A stretch of 64,000 bases of DNA from a virus, in IMG/VR virus record IMGVR_UViG_3300021365_000014, positions 2,379 to 66,378 of that record. The stretch is one strand, 5' to 3'. Under the pieces are notes generated by a model. That model saw only the letters and a list, made by a program, of their open reading frames with translations, searched no databases and was not told the DNA's origin. Below, piece by piece: positions 18,211 to 26,830 of the stretch (positions within the stretch are counted from its first letter, which is position 1; each line of letters begins with the position of its first letter). The position numbers were made by a program, and so were the translations under genes.

Positions 18211-19839
18211 TTATTTTACTCCTATTACGCACTCTGTGAGTGCTGTTTCTTCGTAATATTTATCTTTAATCATACGCCCTATGACGTTGAAATGGTTGCA
18301 TTCGTCCGCTGTGGCCACACGTGCTTCGGCGTTTCCTGCAGAAACTAACCTGTCGCCTGCCTTGCCGGCGCCTTTGAGCTTGACGAAAACACGTCCTTTC
18401 AGCGCCACCATGGGGTGTGAGTCATTGTTTCCCGCCTGTGCGTTCATCAAGAATGCTGGAGATTCGGAGATCACACCAAATACAGCATCTGAAAGCTCTT
18501 CCTGGCATTTGGTTATCTCCGCTTCGCCACCTAATATCACTACGTCACCTACTTCCGTGTCACAATCTGCTTCATAACGCTCTGCCAAGTCAGCGTACAT
18601 GGCACTCGTTGTTGTTGCATGTACCACGTTAGCCCTGACGTCAACAAGAGTGGGTGCTGATAATTCGTTTTGGCCTCCTCCTGACTTGAATGCTGTCCAG
18701 GCTCCTCCCGCATTTCCATACGTTGTTGATCCATCATCAGCAAATGTTTCGTCCCACACCCAGTACAGGTTCTGTTCTGTGGCACTAGATGATTCACCTC
18801 TATTGACTTTCAATCCTGTGAAGTTAGGCATACCTGCGTTTGAAGATACGTTCCTGTTTAATTCTATTATGTTATCTTCCACAGACAGTGTGCTGGTGTT
18901 TATTATTGTATTTGTACCATCCACTGTCAGATCTCCTACCCTCAAGTGTTCAATCCTGCCTTGTGCTCCGTTGATTCTTAATGCTTCTTTAGTGACTCCG
19001 CCATCGTTGACCGTGAATATTATGTCCTTGTCTTGCGTGGTCTGTGCGATTGTGAAATCATCACTGGACAATGTCATCGTAATGTCATTGCCGGCACCTA
19101 GTCTTATACCATCGTCTGTTTGTATTGTGATTCTGCCTGTTGTTGTATCTGCTGAATCTGATCTTAGATAGTTTGCCGCGGCCACTCCGCCCAGTTCGTC
19201 TGAATCCGTTGCCGTGCCTCTGAATTTAGCAGATGTCACTGATGTTGAAAGTTGCACTCCTTGTGCCACTGAGGAGAAACCAGATGCTATCAATGCCGCA
19301 CCGTTTGTCTCCGTTGAACTGGGTGTGAATGCTATGTTTGAGACTACACCAACCACGGTATCATTCGCAACCATTTTTAATATTGATCTATTGACACCCG
19401 TGTTGTCTTCCAAAATTTCACTGGTGAACTGTGTTACACCAGAACCTGCCACCGTTGTAGGACCGATCAAGGTCCAAGCAGTGCCTGAATAAACATAAAG
19501 TTGGTTGTTCGTGGTATCAAACCATAGGTCACCCTGTACAGCATTGGTTGGTGATGTGGCAGAGTTAGTTGGTCCGCCTGCTGGTTTCCATTTATCTCCT
19601 GTCCAAACATTGATTCTTTTATTTGTTTTATCAAACCAAAGTTGTCCTTGCTGTTTGTTCGACGGTGCTGTTGTGTTGTTGAAATTCTCTAGGAGTTTTA
19701 CAAGGTTCTCGTTCAACCTCTCACCGAATCCTGCGTAACCTTTACCTATAAGTGTAAGGTCCGTGGTAGCGACATCGATTGTTCCATCGGCTAGCGTTAC
19801 CAATAAGGTTCCGAATGTGTTGTTTATCTTGTATGCCAT
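18211..19839 (-). CDS. tail fibre-like protein with C-terminal autocleaving chaperone-like domain
   Basis: N-terminus shared with 23156 and 24600 (GKGYAGFGE.LNENL..LLENF, GQLWFD); C-terminal YADLAERYEAD..GVIS..PA.LMN..VAL.GRV (peptidase G2/IMC-like). Confidence 0.75.
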   Translation of the reverse strand: MAYKINNTFGTLLVTLADGTIDVATTDLTLIGKGYAGFGERLNENLVKLLENFNNTTAPSNKQQGQLWFDKTNKRINVWTGDKWKPAGGPTNSATSPTNAVQGDLWFDTTNNQLYVYSGTAWTLIGPTTVAGSGVTQFTSEILEDNTGVNRSILKMVANDTVVGVVSNIAFTPSSTETNGAALIASGFSSVAQGVQLSTSVTSAKFRGTATDSDELGGVAAANYLRSDSADTTTGRITIQTDDGIRLGAGNDITMTLSSDDFTIAQTTQDKDIIFTVNDGGVTKEALRINGAQGRIEHLRVGDLTVDGTNTIINTSTLSVEDNIIELNRNVSSNAGMPNFTGLKVNRGESSSATEQNLYWVWDETFADDGSTTYGNAGGAWTAFKSGGGQNELSAPTLVDVRANVVHATTTSAMYADLAERYEADCDTEVGDVVILGGEAEITKCQEELSDAVFGVISESPAFLMNAQAGNNDSHPMVALKGRVFVKLKGAGKAGDRLVSAGNAEARVATADECNHFNVIGRMIKDKYYEETALTECVIGVK

Positions 19840-19842
19840 TGT

Positions 19843-20025
19843 CTAGTCGTTGTTTGATGCGTTGTCTCTGACTTCTGTCAAGAAACTCACATCGCCCACC
19901 AATTTGATCAAAATAGTTGCAAGTTCAGGTGTCAGCATAGCGTCAATCTTTGCTTCTTCTTCTGACGTCCACGCTGTCTCGTAATTTGCATTGATGTAGT
20001 CTGCGACTTCTTGTTTTGTTGCCAT
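19843..20025 (-). CDS. 60-aa acidic hypothetical protein
   Basis: ORF preceded by an AAGGAG RBS and an AATAAATA late-promoter-like motif. Confidence 0.7.
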   Translation of the reverse strand: MATKQEVADYINANYETAWTSEEEAKIDAMLTPELATILIKLVGDVSFLTEVRDNASNND

Positions 20026-20044
20026 TTAAATGTACTCCTTATGC

Positions 20045-20509
20045 TTATTTATTACGGTTGTCGATCTGCTCATCGTCGGATATCCAAGTTAAATCCTTAG
20101 AATAAGACCCATCTAGGTCTCGTAGGAAAGTCTTCACGTTGCTTTCCGTAAGCACCATATTATGGTATTTTGTGTATCTTTTGTGCAGTGCCTGTTCCTT
20201 GGTAGCAGTGTAAACGAGCTTTATTCCTTTAGTCTTTGCTAACTGCATTAAACTATCTATACATTTCTTGAGGCACTTGTGTGTGTTTCTTGGGTCAGCG
20301 TCCTTGTCTGTGACTATCCATTCCATGAAAGCAAACCGGGTGCCAACGCCTATATACAATCCACCAGCACACACTGGCTTCTCGTCGATCTCCACTATGA
20401 TTCCGTCAGGTGGCAGGCACTCCTTGGGCACCACACCAAATTCCCATTGATTCCACCATGTGGTTAATGTGTCATAATCTTTTTCTCTGTCCCACAATCT
20501 ATCTTGCAT
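20045..20509 (-). CDS. GNAT-like protein (putative)
   Basis: PVCAGGLY..AFMEWIVTD..L...AK.KG.KLVY pattern; size is consistent with a GNAT fold. Confidence 0.5.
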   Translation of the reverse strand: MQDRLWDREKDYDTLTTWWNQWEFGVVPKECLPPDGIIVEIDEKPVCAGGLYIGVGTRFAFMEWIVTDKDADPRNTHKCLKKCIDSLMQLAKTKGIKLVYTATKEQALHKRYTKYHNMVLTESNVKTFLRDLDGSYSKDLTWISDDEQIDNRNK

Positions 20510-21083
20510 TTTTCTGTATCACCATCTTGTTTACATTGAATGTTGACTCAAAACAGTAACTGACTGCTTCTGCTACTTCATCTGCTTTTAATTTTGGCAG
20601 ATTCTCCCAAAGGCCTTTAGTCATGTCTGTGTCTACCACATCTGGACAAACGTCATACACCGATAAAGGTTTAGAAATTAACTCTTCCTGTAATTCGTTT
20701 ATGTATTGTATCAATTCTTTTTTGATTTCACAATATTGTACATATTCGAACTTGTCCCAAATCTGGAATTCATTGTAGTCTGGTTCTTCTTCTATTCCAG
20801 ACGTGCTTGTTATCACTGCTACCTTCATCTTGTCAAACGAATGTCTGCCGTATATTTTTTTAAGAAGGGTCAACTGCCCTCTGTCTGCATGTGCATTCAA
20901 CACTACGAGGCCACAATCTTGTATTTTCTCTAATATCTTTTCTTGATCGTGTACTAGGTCAAAGCCATTACTTTTACTCATACCAACCACGTTGTATTTC
21001 TTTTTCTTGTAGAGGTCGCATATGGCCTTTCCGATACCTCTGCTATGTCCTATGACTGCTATTTTATTTTTTTCTAGATTCAT
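20499..21083 (-). CDS. short-chain dehydrogenase/reductase
   Basis: IAVIGHSRGIG, LNA, YCEIK (YxxxK), PDVVDTDM. Confidence 0.85.
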   Translation of the reverse strand: MNLEKNKIAVIGHSRGIGKAICDLYKKKKYNVVGMSKSNGFDLVHDQEKILEKIQDCGLVVLNAHADRGQLTLLKKIYGRHSFDKMKVAVITSTSGIEEEPDYNEFQIWDKFEYVQYCEIKKELIQYINELQEELISKPLSVYDVCPDVVDTDMTKGLWENLPKLKADEVAEAVSYCFESTFNVNKMVIQKNAR

Positions 21084-21729
21084 ATATGTCCACTAAATTT
21101 TCCAACCCTTCAAAACATTCAGAGTAGTGTTGGTAATATTTGTCAAACTTGTCTTTAGTGTACAGTGATTCTTTGTAAAAGTCAATTAATAACGTGGTTC
21201 TTGGCCCTGGATTGTTGTTGAAACCGTTGTGTAACTGTATGTCTGGTTGAAATATGAATGCTTCTCCTGTCTTCCATGTCATAAGTTCCTGTTTTTGTGT
21301 TTCAATATCCAAAACATACATGCCACTTTGCTCGCCACCCCCATCGTCGAGGCACATCTGGTAGCGCCATCCTCCTTCGTTATCTGTGTGGTTACCAATT
21401 TTGGTATTCGGGCCTACTGTCATTATGGCCACATTTGTTTTGTAGGGAAATTTTCTCAGTATCGAATACAGCATGGGATAGTCATTAAATGATTGTCCTT
21501 CGTGTTCTCCTGATTGTATGCCCAACGCTTGCCATTGCCCGTGTACATAGTCTCCCGACTTGTCATCAAAATCGTCTGGTAGTCCTCTTACACTGTCTGA
21601 GAAGTCCTCTGGATCTAAAAAAGTTTTGTTAGGTTGTGAGTCGAACTCGTGTTTGATGTTTTGCCAGTGTTTGTCTAACTGCCTAAAACATTCGCCTTGC
21701 TGTCCGTGGTAAAAACTTTTATCAAGCAT
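21064..21729 (-). CDS. aspartyl/asparaginyl beta-hydroxylase family 2OG-Fe(II) oxygenase
   Basis: W..IK.EF, GPNTKIGNHTD, WKTGEAFIF..D...HNGFN...R..LLID. Confidence 0.82.
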   Translation of the reverse strand: MLDKSFYHGQQGECFRQLDKHWQNIKHEFDSQPNKTFLDPEDFSDSVRGLPDDFDDKSGDYVHGQWQALGIQSGEHEGQSFNDYPMLYSILRKFPYKTNVAIMTVGPNTKIGNHTDNEGGWRYQMCLDDGGGEQSGMYVLDIETQKQELMTWKTGEAFIFQPDIQLHNGFNNNPGPRTTLLIDFYKESLYTKDKFDKYYQHYSECFEGLENLVDIYESRKK

Positions 21730-23149
21730 TCAGTATATTAACATTTTTATCATGTATCTGTCTATCATGATCCTGCCAATTACTAAAAAATTGTTCGCCG
21801 TGGTTTACTAATTCTTGTTGTTCACTTAATTCAAAGTAGTCTGTGAACTCCGTGTTGTTGATAATAATTCTTCTATTCTCGTTACCGAACACGTACACTA
21901 TAACTTCGTCGTCGCCTAATGATCTTCCTATCCTGCTGTTTTCTACTCTTACCCATGCACCATCTTCTTTGACCATGTGTGTTCCAGATACTTGTATACC
22001 GTTGTAATCATATAAATTGTCTATCAAGAACTTACCTGTCGCAAATACTTTGCCACCGACTGATACCGTGTCGCCTATGTCCACTTGCTCAACTGGTTTC
22101 AATGAACCATCGTGCATTGATATCATTGTGCCTGCTATGAAACAACCACCTCCAGATCCGCCTCCACCTGAACTTGATCCGCCCTCTGCGTCACCGAACC
22201 CGGCCGCTGTTGACACGAAAGATATCCCTGAATTGAACAAGGCCTTCCATACACCGCCTACTTTCATGTAACCTGCTGTCAAACGCTTCCAAGCACCCCC
22301 CACTTTGAAGAATCCTTCCGAAATTTCTTTCCATGCTCCGCCTACTTTGATGTTTCCTTGTACAGCAACGTTGAAAATCACTACTGCTTTTCCATCGCCA
22401 CCTGGCGAACTTGGACTGCCGCCAACTGCCACGCCTGCTGAATAGTGAGATTCACCTGTGCCTCCTGGTGTCACACCTGACCCATCACTAGATGAACCAC
22501 TCGATGGCACTAGATTCGAACCAGACTTACCACCGGTACCACCGTTGTCGCCTGTTCCGCCATCACCTGATGTTCCGCCGTCAACACCACCACCGCCGGC
22601 TCCACCACCACCACCGTCTCCGCTGTGATCCTTGCCGTTCTCTCCCAGTGTGCCTGGTGTGTTTGATGTTGCTGAGTTTGAGTTAATTCCTGCTGTTCCG
22701 TTTGAGCTCTTACCTGCTCCTGCTCCACCTCCGCCGCCTCCTGCGACTGCGATGTCTGTTCCGTCGATCCTTACTAGAGTGGCTCCTCCGCCACCTCCAC
22801 CTGAACCTGAATATGGTTGTGGTCCAGCGTTACCGCCTTCTCCACCTGAATATGCTGTTTTACTTTTTCCGTTAGTACCACCCGGTGCACCACCTCCCGA
22901 TGATCCACCTGCTCCACCACCACCAACTGCTACCTCTAGCGTTGTGTTGATCTGTCCTGATGAGATCGCTAAAGCAGTTTTTTTGACATGGTGTCCTGCG
23001 GCTCCTGTTCCTCCAGGTCCGCCAGCGTCTGAACCTCCGCCTCCGCCTGCGCCTGCCCAAAGGTATACGTCAATAGATGTTGTGCCCGCGGGAATGGTTG
23101 CCTGTTGTAGGGTACCTGTGTAGTTGAATGTCTTTACGACTGTTGGCAT
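21722..23149 (-). CDS. glycine-rich virion/tail protein with C-terminal Hint (hedgehog/intein-like) domain
   Basis: Gly-rich body, 3x KVGGxWK, then GGG|CFIAGTMI...KPVEQVDIGD...VSGTH (Hint blocks A and B). Confidence 0.85.
   Translation of the reverse strand: MPTVVKTFNYTGTLQQATIPAGTTSIDVYLWAGAGGGGGSDAGGPGGTGAAGHHVKKTALAISSGQINTTLEVAVGGGGAGGSSGGGAPGGTNGKSKTAYSGGEGGNAGPQPYSGSGGGGGGATLVRIDGTDIAVAGGGGGGAGAGKSSNGTAGINSNSATSNTPGTLGENGKDHSGDGGGGGAGGGGVDGGTSGDGGTGDNGGTGGKSGSNLVPSSGSSSDGSGVTPGGTGESHYSAGVAVGGSPSSPGGDGKAVVIFNVAVQGNIKVGGAWKEISEGFFKVGGAWKRLTAGYMKVGGVWKALFNSGISFVSTAAGFGDAEGGSSSGGGGSGGGCFIAGTMISMHDGSLKPVEQVDIGDTVSVGGKVFATGKFLIDNLYDYNGIQVSGTHMVKEDGAWVRVENSRIGRSLGDDEVIVYVFGNENRRIIINNTEFTDYFELSEQQELVNHGEQFFSNWQDHDRQIHDKNVNILNA
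22240..22352 (-). repeat. three tandem KVGG(A/V)WK peptide repeats within the Gly-rich Hint protein
   Basis: IKVGGAWKEISEGFFKVGGAWKRLTAGYMKVGGVWK, 14-aa period. Confidence 0.8.
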
Positions 23150-23155
23150 AAAGGA

Positions 23156-24589
23156 TTAAGCCTCCCTTACGAACCAGAGATCTCCGTTTGCACCTTGTCC
23201 AGATGTTGGTGCTGAAGTCTCAACGTATCTGTTTCCTGCGATACTGTTACTGCTGTCATCTGAGATTGTAGATCCACCCCAAAGTTTTAATGATTTAGCC
23301 ACCTGACCCGTAGTTGGTACTGCCACACTGGAATCACTTGTTGATGATGTTATGTCTGAACCGACTGCGGCCAAATTTACGTTTGTCACTGTTAACAAAC
23401 CTGCCGCTGTAGTTTTAAGCACTTTTTCTTTCGCCGAGTTACCGTCTGCAACTGCGTCTGCTAATCTAATTAGTTGTGAATATGTTCCGCCTTGTCCTGC
23501 AGTAAAGTGATTCTCTGATACATCATAGAACAATCTGGCATCGTCTGTGTCTGACGTTTCAATGATCATTCCTGAGTCCGCTTCACTGTTTCCTGAGTTT
23601 AATTTTATGAATGCGTCATCTACAAGATTGATCACACTTCCACTCTTATCAAACTCACCACTAACGGTTAAATTTCCAGTGACAGTCACATCACCAGTGA
23701 TGTCTATTCCGCCATCTGCACCTGTCAACTGTAGAGGCGTCTTTGTTACTCCGCCATCATTGACTGTGAATTTTAAATCTTTGTCTTGTGAAGTCTGTGC
23801 AACCGTGACGTCGTTGCTTGACACAGTAATACTTAATTCTTGTGCATCACCTATGATGACTCCGCTGTCTGTGTCTACTGTTAGTGCACCTGTCGTGGTG
23901 TCCGCCGCGTCTGTTCTTAAAAAGTTACCACCTGCTATCAATGTGCTTGAAGTGTTGGTTGTTCCTGATACATCTATTGTTGCGGCCTGTGTGTTTGTTC
24001 CTTCAAACACCGCACCTAGTGTAGAGTTCAATGTCAACCCTGCTTTGATTGAAGCGAATCCTGTCTGTGTATCACTCGGAGTAAACGTTTCTTTAGAAAG
24101 TATACCAACTCTCGTGTTACCTGCGTACATGGAACTAACAACTTTGTTACCTCCTGAACTGGCCAACGTCTCTATCTTCCATCCTGAAAGTGTCTGTCCT
24201 GATGTGTAAACTGGACCAACCAATAACCATGCTGACCCTGTGTAGACATAAACTTGATCATCATCACTGTCTATCCAAAGATCTCCTGCTGATGCTGAAG
24301 TTGGTTCTGATGCTTGTGCCTTTGCACCACCTGTTGGTTTGAAACTTGATCCATCATACACCTTTAGTTGATTGGTGTTGGTGTCCATCCATAGTTGCCC
24401 TCTGAGAGGTGCTGTTGGTGCCGACGTTGATGCTGTGTTCTCTAATAATTTAACTAGATTTTCGTTTAGGCCTTCTCCAAAACCTGAATAACTTTTTCCA
24501 AATAACTGAAGAGATGTGCTAGTATCTACTGTGCCGTCTGTGATTGTAGCAACTACTGTTCCGTCTGTTTTGTTTATTGTGTACGCCAT
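23156..24589 (-). CDS. tail fibre-like protein
   Basis: Same N-terminal module as 18211 and 24600; ends APTSGQGANGDLWF with no chaperone domain. Confidence 0.75.
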   Translation of the reverse strand: MAYTINKTDGTVVATITDGTVDTSTSLQLFGKSYSGFGEGLNENLVKLLENTASTSAPTAPLRGQLWMDTNTNQLKVYDGSSFKPTGGAKAQASEPTSASAGDLWIDSDDDQVYVYTGSAWLLVGPVYTSGQTLSGWKIETLASSGGNKVVSSMYAGNTRVGILSKETFTPSDTQTGFASIKAGLTLNSTLGAVFEGTNTQAATIDVSGTTNTSSTLIAGGNFLRTDAADTTTGALTVDTDSGVIIGDAQELSITVSSNDVTVAQTSQDKDLKFTVNDGGVTKTPLQLTGADGGIDITGDVTVTGNLTVSGEFDKSGSVINLVDDAFIKLNSGNSEADSGMIIETSDTDDARLFYDVSENHFTAGQGGTYSQLIRLADAVADGNSAKEKVLKTTAAGLLTVTNVNLAAVGSDITSSTSDSSVAVPTTGQVAKSLKLWGGSTISDDSSNSIAGNRYVETSAPTSGQGANGDLWFVREA

Positions 24590-24599
24590 TTGCTTATAT

Positions 24600-26096
24600 T
24601 TAGCACCTTCCTACTACTATATTAATTGTGCCTATTTCCTCCGAATCGTAATTTTCTAACGCTTTTCCTATCACTTCACCAACCTGTGGGTCGTGAGTTT
24701 TCTTTGCTACTCCATGGTTGTTAGGATCCGTAGACAACATATCCCCTTTGATAATGTGTCCTACTACTTTGCAAGGCACTTTACCCATAAGTGCAACAGG
24801 TTGTCCTGCTGATTCTGAATTCATCAAGTAAGCAGGTTTTTCGCTGATCACACCTGCAACTCTTGGGTCATTGCCTTCTGTTGAAATTGTGACTTCCTTC
24901 TCACCTCCGAACACCACGACAGTTCCTACTTCGTACTCTGAGTCAGTCTCATACACCTCAGCCAAGTCAGCGTACTGCGCCGATGTTGCTTTCGCATAAA
25001 CCGTGTTGTATTTCTTACTGCTTGAACCTATGTCGTAAGTTGTTGTTGTATCTGGCAATATCGCTTTTGATGTTAGATTGCCACCCATTGTGAGGGTTGT
25101 CATCGAGTTGGCACCTGTGCTGGTGATGTTACCCGTCACGTTGCCAGTTAGTGGTCCTGCGAACGCAGTAGATGTTGTTGTGCCTGAAATTTCTAGTTTT
25201 GTGGATGGTGTGATAGTACCTATACCAATCCTTGATTCAGAACCGTCTATGGTCATAACGGTAGTTGTTGTTCCTCCGTCGTTGACCTTGAATGTTATGT
25301 CCGTGTCCTGCACAGTGTTAGAAATTATTCCTCCAGATGCGTCCACCGTAACAGTTATATCTGAGTCAACACCTATGATCAATCCTGAGTCATTGGCTAT
25401 ACTGATCGTGCCTGATGTTGTGTCATTTGCGTTGGATCTAAAGAAGTTGGCCGCCGTTACCCCGCCCAATGCGTCTGCGTCAGTGGCCGTACCTGCAAAT
25501 TTTAAATCTGCTATGTCTGTTGATAAACTTATTCCTTTTGTTATCGACGAGAAACCTGCTATCGCTGATTTAGGAGTGAAAGTGTCTTCAGATATTATCG
25601 CTATGAGATTACCGTCATTGAATAATTTTGTTATGTTCTGTGATCCATCACTTGAATCCAATATAGTGTCGTATGTGAATCCATTCGTTGTTCCTGTGGA
25701 ACTAGGTGGTCCTACCAACACCGAAGATGTTCCGCTGTAGTAGAACATCTGTCCTGTGCCTGAATCTATCCAGATGTCTCCAGCCGCCATGTTGGATGGT
25801 GCATCTGATTGGTATGGTGCACTACCTCCCGCTGTCTGGAACGCTGAGCCGTTGTACACTTGTAATTTAGCATTCGTTGAGTCCCACCACAACTGTCCTT
25901 CTATGGGTTTGGTAGGAGCCGACGAGTTTGAAAAATTTTCTAACAAGTGCAGGAAATTCTCTGCTATGGATTCCCCATAACCTGCATATCCTTTACCTAT
26001 GAAACTGATATCAGTCTGAGTGTTTAGCACACCGTCCTGTACAGTGTACTGGTTCGGCGAACTAGAACTATTTGTCTTGTTTACAGTGTATGCCAT
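24600..26096 (-). CDS. tail fibre-like protein with C-terminal autocleaving chaperone-like domain
   Basis: Shared N-terminus; C-terminal SAQYADLAEVYETD..GVIS.KPAYLMN..VALMGKVPCKV. Confidence 0.75.
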   Translation of the reverse strand: MAYTVNKTNSSSSPNQYTVQDGVLNTQTDISFIGKGYAGYGESIAENFLHLLENFSNSSAPTKPIEGQLWWDSTNAKLQVYNGSAFQTAGGSAPYQSDAPSNMAAGDIWIDSGTGQMFYYSGTSSVLVGPPSSTGTTNGFTYDTILDSSDGSQNITKLFNDGNLIAIISEDTFTPKSAIAGFSSITKGISLSTDIADLKFAGTATDADALGGVTAANFFRSNANDTTSGTISIANDSGLIIGVDSDITVTVDASGGIISNTVQDTDITFKVNDGGTTTTVMTIDGSESRIGIGTITPSTKLEISGTTTSTAFAGPLTGNVTGNITSTGANSMTTLTMGGNLTSKAILPDTTTTYDIGSSSKKYNTVYAKATSAQYADLAEVYETDSEYEVGTVVVFGGEKEVTISTEGNDPRVAGVISEKPAYLMNSESAGQPVALMGKVPCKVVGHIIKGDMLSTDPNNHGVAKKTHDPQVGEVIGKALENYDSEEIGTINIVVGRC

Positions 26097-26821
26097 TAGT
26101 ATCCTGTGTTACCACCTGATGTTGTTCCACTCACTGTGTTTGATGTTGACAGTGCAGTCGAGCTAGTTTCAGTGAAAGTTGTTAAACTTTGAATCCTTAG
26201 AGTGTAATCAATCTGTATTAGTCTGTTCAATGACTTTTGTACCGGGTGGAAAATGACGTGTGTCAACAACTTGTTCGTTGACCCGTTTTCTGTACCTTCC
26301 CAACTCTTCAAACCTAGTTCATCGAACACATAGTCGCCATTAAAATCAGTTGTGTTGTCAAAAGCCGCCTGTCCAGTTGGTTCACCGTAGTCAAGTGTAC
26401 AAGTCACAACGATGTCTGTGTACTTGTTACCCGCTGTGTGTCTCACTTCCATCTTGTTCCTTGTGGTGTCTTTGTTGGTTGCACTATTGTCATCTACCAC
26501 TTTGTAATAAGTCTGGTTGTACAATGTTGCGTTTGTGCCAGTTGAATTTGGAGTAAGGTATGTGATTATACCTGTTGGGTCAACACTTGTACCACCATTA
26601 CCCAATGCAATCTCATGTACGAACCCTGTTGTTTTGTTTGCTAAAGAATTAGCAAGTGCCTGAGACATGTTCTCGTAGTGTATCGCATTTCTCTTGTCTA
26701 CGATAACTTCACCTGTCTCTGGATCTGAAATCTTGATATGCCCCGTCATCATAACACCCGTGTTATCCTGAGGCTTTTTGTTCTCTTCTTTTGCTTCTGT
26801 GGGTTTGTTGTCTTGTGTCAT
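26096..26821 (-). CDS. baseplate/tail structural protein
   Basis: GHIKI.D..TGEV.VDKRNAIH, FDELGL, LLTHVIFHPVQKSLNR; lies between the wedge and fibre genes. Confidence 0.65.
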   Translation of the reverse strand: MTQDNKPTEAKEENKKPQDNTGVMMTGHIKISDPETGEVIVDKRNAIHYENMSQALANSLANKTTGFVHEIALGNGGTSVDPTGIITYLTPNSTGTNATLYNQTYYKVVDDNSATNKDTTRNKMEVRHTAGNKYTDIVVTCTLDYGEPTGQAAFDNTTDFNGDYVFDELGLKSWEGTENGSTNKLLTHVIFHPVQKSLNRLIQIDYTLRIQSLTTFTETSSTALSTSNTVSGTTSGGNTGY

Positions 26822-26830
26822 CTAGTGTAT

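Noticed and set aside
21722-22144. Classical protein-splicing intein
   Set aside because: No terminal His-Asn plus Cys/Ser/Thr, no endonuclease and no substantial C-extein; better described as a hedgehog/BIL-type Hint domain.
22632-23123. Pro-rich 163-aa ORF on the + strand
   Set aside because: Antisense shadow of Gly codons in the Gly-rich Hint protein.
23547-25740. Two 220-aa + strand ORFs opposite the tail fibres
   Set aside because: Mirror-frame artefacts of codon bias in Thr/Ser/Gly-rich genes.
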